A DNA stretch of 20,000 nucleotides. Source: an uncultured virus (IMG/VR IMGVR_UViG_3300013232_000005). Its lineage: Duplodnaviria; Heunggongvirae; Uroviricota; Caudoviricetes. Location of the stretch: positions 45,006 through 65,005 of IMG/VR virus record IMGVR_UViG_3300013232_000005. One strand, 5' to 3'. A program made the translations under genes and the position numbers. Every line of letters starts with the position of its first letter. The first letter of the stretch is position 1. The notes under the pieces are model-generated. The model made no database searches and was not told the DNA's origin. It was given only the letters and a program-made list of their open reading frames with translations. Shown in pieces: positions 17,401-20,000 of the stretch.

Positions 17401-19204
17401 TACCGGCGACAACGCGCAGGATCAGGTGTTTCAGGAGTACCTGCGCTTGACCAAAACCAACCGCAGCGCCATGCGCCGATTGATCCACCGTCAAGGCATT
17501 GCCGGTTTTAGCGAGGATGTTGGCCGCGTGCTGGCTTCGTTCGTCTACTCGAATGCGCGCCAGACCGCTGCAGGCTTGAACATGGGCGACATGGCTGAGG
17601 CCATCATCAACATTCCCAAAGAGCAGGGTGAGCTGAAAGATGCAGCAATTCGGCTGTCTGAGTACATCAAGAATCCGCAGGAAGAGGCGCAAGCCATTCG
17701 CGGCCTGCTGTTCGCGCAGTACTTGGGTGGCTCGGTTGCATCAGCCTTCGTGAACATGACACAGCCCTTTGCGGTGACGTTCCCATGGTTGAGTCAACAT
17801 GGTGGCGCTGCGAAGTCTGCCAAAGAGATCGGTCGCGCTGCAAAGAGCATTAGCACCAAGGGCTACCAGTACGAAGCAGATCTTGCAGAAGCACTCAAGA
17901 AGGCCGAGGACGATGGCATCGTAAGCCCGCAAGAGGTTCACCAGCTGATGGCGCAGGCTCGCGGTGCAGGTTCGTTGAGATCTGGCGACGGCACCAAGAT
18001 CGGTGATGCGCGAGCAGCTGCAAACAACTCACTTGCGCGCCTATCCGTGGCATGGGGCAAGCTGTTCGGTGCTGCTGAGCAGGTTAACCGTCGCATCACG
18101 TTCATTGCTTCCTACCGCGTGGCGAAGGATGCGGGCATCGACAACCCTGCCGAGTTCGCGCGCAAGGCCGTGAAGGAAACCCAGTTCGTCTATTCCAAGG
18201 CCTCGAAAATGGCATGGGGTCGCGGTGCTGTTGGAGGCACCTTGATGACGTTCAAGACCTACTCAGTTGCCTACTTGGAGCTGATGAGTCGCTTGTGGTC
18301 ACAGGGTGAACCTGGCTCTCAGGAGCGCACTGACGGTCGCAAGGCAGCTGCTTTGATGATCGCCACTCTCATGCTGCTTGGTGGTGCTGGTGGCCTTCCG
18401 TTCGAAGAGGACGCCGAAGACTTGATCGACGGCGCTGCGCAGCTGATGGGCTACAACTTCAGCACCCAGAAGGCAAAGGAAGAATTCTTGTCCGGCATCT
18501 TCGGTGACACGATTGGGCGCTTCATCGACAAGGGTGTGACCGGCCTTCCTGGTGTGCCGCTCGATGTGTCTGGCCGTCTTGGTATGGGCAACTTGATTCC
18601 CGGCACAGGTCTGCTGCTGGAGAAAACCAGCCATGCAAACGATGTGCTTGAGATTGCTGGCCCCATGGGCGACTTCGCTACCCGTGTTCTCAGTGGTGCC
18701 AAGAGTGTTGCCAGTGGCGATGTTGGTGCAGGCCTCCTTGAGATGGCCCCCACAGCAGTGCGCAACGCTGCCAAGGGTATCGACATGGAAGCTACCGGCA
18801 TGTACCGCGACTACAAAGGGTACAAAGTTTTGGAAACGAACCACCTCGAAGCTGCGCTGAAGTCCATTGGATTCCAGCCTTCCGGTGTGGCTCGCGTACA
18901 GGAATCAAACCGCATCAACCAAGGCAGCAAGGCGTTCTACAACTCGCAAGCGCAAGAGATCCGTTCGCAGTGGGCCGCTGGCATTTTCGAGAAGGATTCC
19001 GCCAAGGTTCAGAAAGCGCGTGATGCAGTTGCCGAATGGAACACCAAGAACCCAGAGCAAAAAATGGTGATCAAGATCCCAGACGTGATGCGCCGAGTGC
19101 GTGAGATGTCCAAAAACAAGGATGAGCGGATCGCCGCGACAGCACCGAAGGCAATGCGAGCACAGATGAAGGAGGACACCGCCCGCATGCGTTCAGAGCT
19201 ATAG
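8468..19204 (+). CDS. Giant polyvalent virion-associated protein, 3578 aa (InPase-like, LPD5/LPD1, GNAT, LPD23, zincin metallopeptidases, ART-PolyVal-like, C-terminal PLxRFG region)
   Basis: Uninterrupted 10.7-kb ORF with several recognisable motifs (see sub-features). Lies at the end of the structural module, directly before the lysis genes. Confidence 0.9.
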   Translation: MADKKPWETFSQPQPAASSANPWEDFGGKTEPEAKGVLGHAQDLGVSLLSGAVAVPEAAVGLADIPTGGAVGKFLENEGGSAGFRPKQAREFLNTLHTDQYKDQQKQFQDADGIIDKAGVALKNPSLIANTVAESAPSMLAGGAIGRGVTAIAPRIAPVIAGAAGEGAVMSGQQAEGIRQQSDDGSLTAGQAGAAVATGVLGGLFGYAGGRLANKLGIGDVDTMLAGGVTRQQIGSELATAPAKSIPRKVIEGAISEGFLEELPQSFSEQVIQNLATGKPWSEGVDEAVVMGTLAGMAMGGPAGAMHGGSRAAEAAPVEPTQQQATAPQQGEPLALPAPTIDVGPNGEAFTSADRNAALQAEAARQDRIARGEVADITPVPPTQQIPDEQRSPLALPAPVIEVGPNGEALTTDDRNFQIQEQSRAEEARRDRIARGEVFDRTPIEGAQAPTRQTESQAMGLNPAAGPMSSAAALAVDSGAHKQQAQQSLMLEAADAAEQNAKKPAEKSQKPAPAGATIDAETGEIIEAQPSPEERAAVLTQKIDYLRQLAKGSGWTSRMMAARQQAEAELAQVQPQAAPAAPAVTASQSSTIAAAPSSAPTAAAAPSTDSLDTTWSSMSKEQRQAVADKTDIKGVLRRNVANGEWKNLGVGVQQKLAQHIQQPTAAAPQSKAAKSAKPKPAAQALTDEQIAAYSKSTGSSVDGIRRIAENPKAFGVKDLHEYFESVAKNKVETEARTATQKADLARLKDTVVVRDDKAYELLEINRDKRMREHKSIKPSHEFDTQGVDLWEHYIGHPDSPSVKARLAAASPIDAAAHEAATSPLNDRPEPTDAQKEAGNYAKGHVRVAGMDIAIENPRGSDRKGKRPDGSEWSHKMSDHYGYIKRTKGADGEHVDTYIGSNPESKRVYVVDQLHQDTGAFDEHKVMLGFNSQQEAVKAYSSNFDAGWKIGQITSMGTAQFKNWLADGDTTMPLAKARKNQEPVKTAEPAAAPSTDEAAQPQAASNSPESASTPAVSATKQPQGASKPAKSESQSLSRDQVLARRLDTAKQEIKRDIASGKVPDSVKSFADLQDHVDANMYVNDADRADNLIGDLGRRESWKSADYISFTNDLIDSVNAWLAESAPKQPRGVLAKKAAAEAASRQSSAPDSVSEDVSAYMMEKWRDAKPSSSHDGWSMVDDSLNDNGNVRLVSQYNSKLATFKYNPKSGTDHQRARVHAIAWAQENPETSAPSTGELVAKPIFGGDEKTVVPAAPRGVLAKKAAADAARSEANESIKDFGEKIGGARKDKATTGAKKVTKSTDERPAWMRRFEPAQVVEMPGRIGGNAGKWQILDTLKKGSYGGSRAASREYFNTEEEARAAIPLIAVALKHRVVPVRQGEKGFEIWRDVSDHKRVKVVDQAFDTREAALEYMAKNAEAIITTNTTFGEADLPRPENTVRTGTQRRTAPAKDSDFMKTFGFRGVEFGNWNNQEERQQLLDDAYDGLMDLADVMGIPPSAMSLNGELALAFGARGQGLSGARAHYERSKAVINLTKMNGAGSLAHEWFHAVDHYFGRQDGKASSEWVTDADGTRSLKAKGREDDYASHGFMRSKSGVRQEVRDAYDNVMQTLFKKGEQYVEDTAKVDNFVARSRKDVGDRLDEIRRDLAEQKDPKYWKRSNKPATTEQLAEFDTVAQQILEGTMLETELRSVGNPAKNARSVMSGMRWTNDALEKLSEINKAVRGRTGFSADSKGEFDRLRGLMNGYSARLKMLAEAQTGEEKTKKVLTEFAMNAKELDQGRGGDYWTTPHEMAARAFQGYVEDKVAEGGGKSPFLNHAPENAAIITPWGWKRPYPHGTERKAINAAFDKLVSILETKQGDNGSTILFSRSGAKLENDLLAPLGKSRMVGDESLLEDYGDVKAFESDYKSATHRSIRYVKYDADGKPIAALQFRTKGPRSKKGEIQNIYTVESARRQGVASKLLRFAQQHYDIKHSDDLTNDGRVFKAADGVRYSFAGQSARGADLHSLASAQQQVNAGYDAETVRQETGWHRGNDGKWRFEISDDQAAMAAPGADFGTILANAQLEAITDGKQSLTVGDVLDHPRLFAAYPDMTSIKIAAMPDGETATAKVRQTATGPLVMIKSNLKRDKIVSALVHELQHVIQRKEGFALGGSKNTVAEWNQNGAADYKRLAGEVEARNSQSRLLMNDQFRAMTPPSMTADTASSDVIVTFNGRDVVNAPAPENIKAVPKYEMNAAKLVRAFDVQFPSLTPAIKKMLARGNRGEKGGAVVIESSDPLVIAKVFAKKTGRKFSDSVQMFSDAGTINGFYDPKSGLTFLVGPNINPVTGTAVLLHEMTHGQQREKIDNAALAMLMNRASEKDESLRGFLDRVADRMVDAGEAANAKEAAAYIVEQAVIEGRSQGYAFADSRFLNWVDSTLGKKVGDFLRSFLANVRQFMLRHGLPIGGQVSVDDLVAYAKAGVESAAQGDVLSEGNTGGNFSRSDAVTSTPAFKRWFGDSKVVDDEGKPLVVYHGTRSDFTEFDMQNPAGALGNPKGAYFSPDRWVAQRYAENDDGEMDSKSRVVAAYLHIENDSDGKVIDSAYRGREYVVFDAKNIKSATGNNGQFDPANPDIRFSRSGVKAMASKATAELNKTFNAPGKLSWWHKTIGSMYNLAERAPAFKPVFEAAQGFIDDVSHYAADASELAPNLLPKLETWKDITKSPVSAEDNKAVGKPIFEGTLVWARDLEGKPVRIEEMAERAAKLTTEEKADIMIAHGKLPQGLLYAWKGQGAEMFAKLIGSRYESQMLKAGIVWTDAELASMFSLNEQQIGLYHEFREATNRSLDTMARADMLRYGGDDVKELREAVMDAPDVQAGARILRNHLAQMASEQPDREAQLLAVAHGMLERADKVNELQSDGYAPLSRFGKYTVDVVIDGERQYFSLFETQREANTMAERMRKEFGESTVSQGTLSDESYKLFAGITPESLELFGNMLGLKSTGDNAQDQVFQEYLRLTKTNRSAMRRLIHRQGIAGFSEDVGRVLASFVYSNARQTAAGLNMGDMAEAIINIPKEQGELKDAAIRLSEYIKNPQEEAQAIRGLLFAQYLGGSVASAFVNMTQPFAVTFPWLSQHGGAAKSAKEIGRAAKSISTKGYQYEADLAEALKKAEDDGIVSPQEVHQLMAQARGAGSLRSGDGTKIGDARAAANNSLARLSVAWGKLFGAAEQVNRRITFIASYRVAKDAGIDNPAEFARKAVKETQFVYSKASKMAWGRGAVGGTLMTFKTYSVAYLELMSRLWSQGEPGSQERTDGRKAAALMIATLMLLGGAGGLPFEEDAEDLIDGAAQLMGYNFSTQKAKEEFLSGIFGDTIGRFIDKGVTGLPGVPLDVSGRLGMGNLIPGTGLLLEKTSHANDVLEIAGPMGDFATRVLSGAKSVASGDVGAGLLEMAPTAVRNAAKGIDMEATGMYRDYKGYKVLETNHLEAALKSIGFQPSGVARVQESNRINQGSKAFYNSQAQEIRSQWAAGIFEKDSAKVQKARDAVAEWNTKNPEQKMVIKIPDVMRRVREMSKNKDERIAATAPKAMRAQMKEDTARMRSEL
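9464..9799 (+). repeat. Two-copy intragenic repeat (starts 9464 and 9644; 60-aa period): PLALPAP.I.VGPNGEA.T..DRN...DRIARGEV
   Basis: Clear peptide duplication. The exact 24-mer GACCGCATCGCTCGCGGTGAAGTG occurs at 9566-9589 and 9758-9781. Confidence 0.9.
10901..11383 (+). other. InPase-like (inorganic pyrophosphatase of polyvalent proteins) domain within the giant CDS
   Basis: Motifs PTDAQKEAGNYAKGH, IENPRGS.R.G, HYGYIKRTKGADGEHVD, FDEHKVMLGF, FKNWL. Confidence 0.8.
12290..14033 (+). other. LPD5/LPD1-like region with zincin motif HEWFH within the giant CDS
   Basis: Motifs IKDFGEKIGGARKD, FGFRGVEFGNW, LAFGARG, AHYE, INLTKMNGAGSLAHEWFHAVD (HExxH at 13094-13108), YWTTPHEMAARAF, PYPHGTER. Confidence 0.75.
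14063..14446 (+). other. GNAT acetyltransferase domain within the giant CDS
   Basis: IQNIYTVESARRQGVASKLL fits the acetyl-CoA-binding motif A (R/Q-x-x-G-x-A/G, at 14324-14341). It is followed by HSDDLTNDG. Confidence 0.75.
14447..15106 (+). other. LPD23-like domain with zincin motif HELQH within the giant CDS
   Basis: Motifs FAGQSA, ETGWHRGNDGKWRFEISD, LDHPRLFAAYP, LVHELQHVIQRKEGFALGG (HExxH at 14873-14887), YKRLAGEVEAR. Confidence 0.75.
15158..15880 (+). other. Third zincin-like metallopeptidase domain (HEMTH) within the giant CDS
   Basis: GFYDP...TFLV...VLLHEMTHG (HExxH at 15464-15478), with a downstream KEAAAY as candidate third ligand. Confidence 0.65.
15923..16315 (+). other. ART-PolyVal-like ADP-ribosyltransferase domain within the giant CDS
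   Basis: Motifs TPAFKRWFGDSKVVD..GKPLVVYHGT, GAYFS, AQRYA, AYL.I, EYVVF...IKSATGNNGQFDP.NPDIRFS. Confidence 0.8.
16316..19204 (+). other. C-terminal helical PLxRFG region of the giant protein
   Basis: GYAPLSRFGKY (PLSRFG at 17168-17185). Hydrophobic segment AAALMIATLMLLGGAGGLPF near the C-terminus. Confidence 0.75.
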
Positions 19205-19208
19205 CGCC

Positions 19209-19248
19209 CCCTGTGGGGCTGGCTCACAGAGAGACGATGCCCAAGACT
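19209..19248 (+). promoter_or_regulatory. Conserved intergenic motif copy 2 (CCCTGTGGGGCTGGCTC) plus -10-like AAGACT; putative promoter of the lysis cassette
   Basis: 16/17 match to 6677-6693, with the same 34-nt offset to an nAnnnT hexamer. Lies directly upstream of the holin. Confidence 0.5.
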
Positions 19249-19256
19249 TTGCACCC

Positions 19257-19637
19257 ATGGAACCCTCCAGCAACGGTCTTGGAAATCGCTCTATGTCAGA
19301 TGATATGAGAAACACAGTCGGGCAGGGTGGCGCGTGGTTAGCCGCCATCATCGGCACGTTCAGTTTTGAGATATGGCTTGCACTCGCAGGCTTCACAGTT
19401 TCAGCGTTTATCGCGTACATCAACTATCGCTCACGCAAGCTCGAAGATCGTTCCATCGCTCTTCGTGACAGGCTTGAGGAAGAAAAGGCTCAACTCCTTC
19501 GGGATGAGGCGCAGCGCAGCAAGGAACTCCATGAACTGGAGCTTGAGCGGTTGCGGCGTGGCCTCAATATCCCGTCAGCCACGACCCATCCAGCCCCACA
19601 TAACCCGATGGCAGAGCCCGCAAAGGTGCCATCGTGA
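19257..19637 (+). CDS. Holin, probably pinholin-like, with an extended charged C-terminus (start uncertain: 19257, 19293 or 19305)
   Basis: Hydrophobic segments GGAWLAAIIGTFSF and IWLALAGFTVSAFIAYINY, followed by basic RSRKLEDR, resembling the phage 21 S layout. GTGA overlap with the endolysin. Confidence 0.7.
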   Translation: MEPSSNGLGNRSMSDDMRNTVGQGGAWLAAIIGTFSFEIWLALAGFTVSAFIAYINYRSRKLEDRSIALRDRLEEEKAQLLRDEAQRSKELHELELERLRRGLNIPSATTHPAPHNPMAEPAKVPS

Positions 19638-20000
19638 GCGACAACAAACCCGCCTCGGGCGGTGCCCGCAAGCTCGTAGCCATTCTTGCAATCAGTGCAG
19701 CCGGTTTTGCCAGCTGGATGACCAGCGAGGGATTTAGCGAAAAGCCATACGTTCCCACCAAGGGCGACGTTCCTACTATCGGCCACGGATCTACCCGCTA
19801 CGAAAGCGGTGAACCGGTTCGCATGACCGATAAACCCATTTCCCGCCAACGTGCTGAGCAGCTTGCTCGCAACCTTATGGAAGGCGATGAAAAAGAGTTT
19901 CGTGATTCCCTGCCCGGCGTTTTGCTCTACCAAGAGGAATTCGACGTGTATTTTGACTTTGTGGGGAATTTTGGCCTAGGCAATTGGCGCACGTCTTCGA
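19634..20000 (+). CDS. SAR endolysin, GH24 phage lysozyme family (3'-truncated)
   Basis: Not in the ORF track because it has no stop in the window. Hand translation from GTG 19634: MSDNKPASGGARKLVAILAISAAGFASWMTSEGFSEKPYVPTKGDVPTIGHGSTRYESGEPVRMTDKPISRQRAEQL...LYQEEFDVYFDFVGNFG. Shows an Ala/Gly-rich N-terminal anchor, then EG and TIGHG motifs. Confidence 0.9.
   Translation, partial: MSDNKPASGGARKLVAILAISAAGFASWMTSEGFSEKPYVPTKGDVPTIGHGSTRYESGEPVRMTDKPISRQRAEQLARNLMEGDEKEFRDSLPGVLLYQEEFDVYFDFVGNFGLGNWRTSS

Noticed and set aside
16568..17692. 374-aa antisense ORF, and other minus-strand ORFs such as 2649..3422
   Set aside because: They lie wholly opposite strong + strand genes, show no recognisable motifs, and are expected shadows of GC-rich codon usage.
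19206..19219. GCCCC-ctgt-GGGGC hairpin as an intrinsic terminator
   Set aside because: Only a 5-bp stem with no U-tract; better explained as part of the repeated motif.
19366..19737. 123-aa alternative-frame ORF over the holin/endolysin as an embedded spanin
   Set aside because: No lipobox or signal/TM segment; spanin genes would be expected downstream of the endolysin.
1..20000. CRISPR array, tRNA/rRNA, IS element, intron/intein or DGR
   Set aside because: I saw no repeat-spacer periodicity, RNA gene signatures, transposase, reverse transcriptase or intein motifs. The intragenic repeats do not show adenine-specific variation.

Overview
Late-gene region of a tailed phage or prophage, probably from a proteobacterial host. 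All credible genes are on the + strand and most are tightly coupled. Order: a 5'-truncated structural protein; a 385-aa protein with 12 degenerate 18-21-aa repeats; a 627-aa Pro-rich/coiled-coil virion protein; a lower-GC accessory pair (606-aa beta-rich protein and a 97-aa protein); a 571-aa probable internal/ejection protein; a 3578-aa polyvalent PLxRFG-type protein; then a lysis cassette (pinholin-like holin and a 3'-truncated SAR endolysin). By motif recognition, the giant protein carries an InPase-like domain, LPD5/LPD1, a GNAT acetyltransferase, LPD23, three HExxH zincin motifs and an ART-PolyVal-like ADP-ribosyltransferase. Most notable observations: (1) effector domains are bounded by recurring [FY]S(R) linkers or short direct repeats, and the GNAT has clearly lower GC, suggesting a swappable, possibly self-processed payload injected from the virion; (2) a 17-bp motif (16/17 identical), followed at an identical spacing by a -10-like hexamer, occupies both substantial intergenic gaps and is a candidate activator-dependent late promoter. 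All domain calls come from reading motifs, not from database searches.
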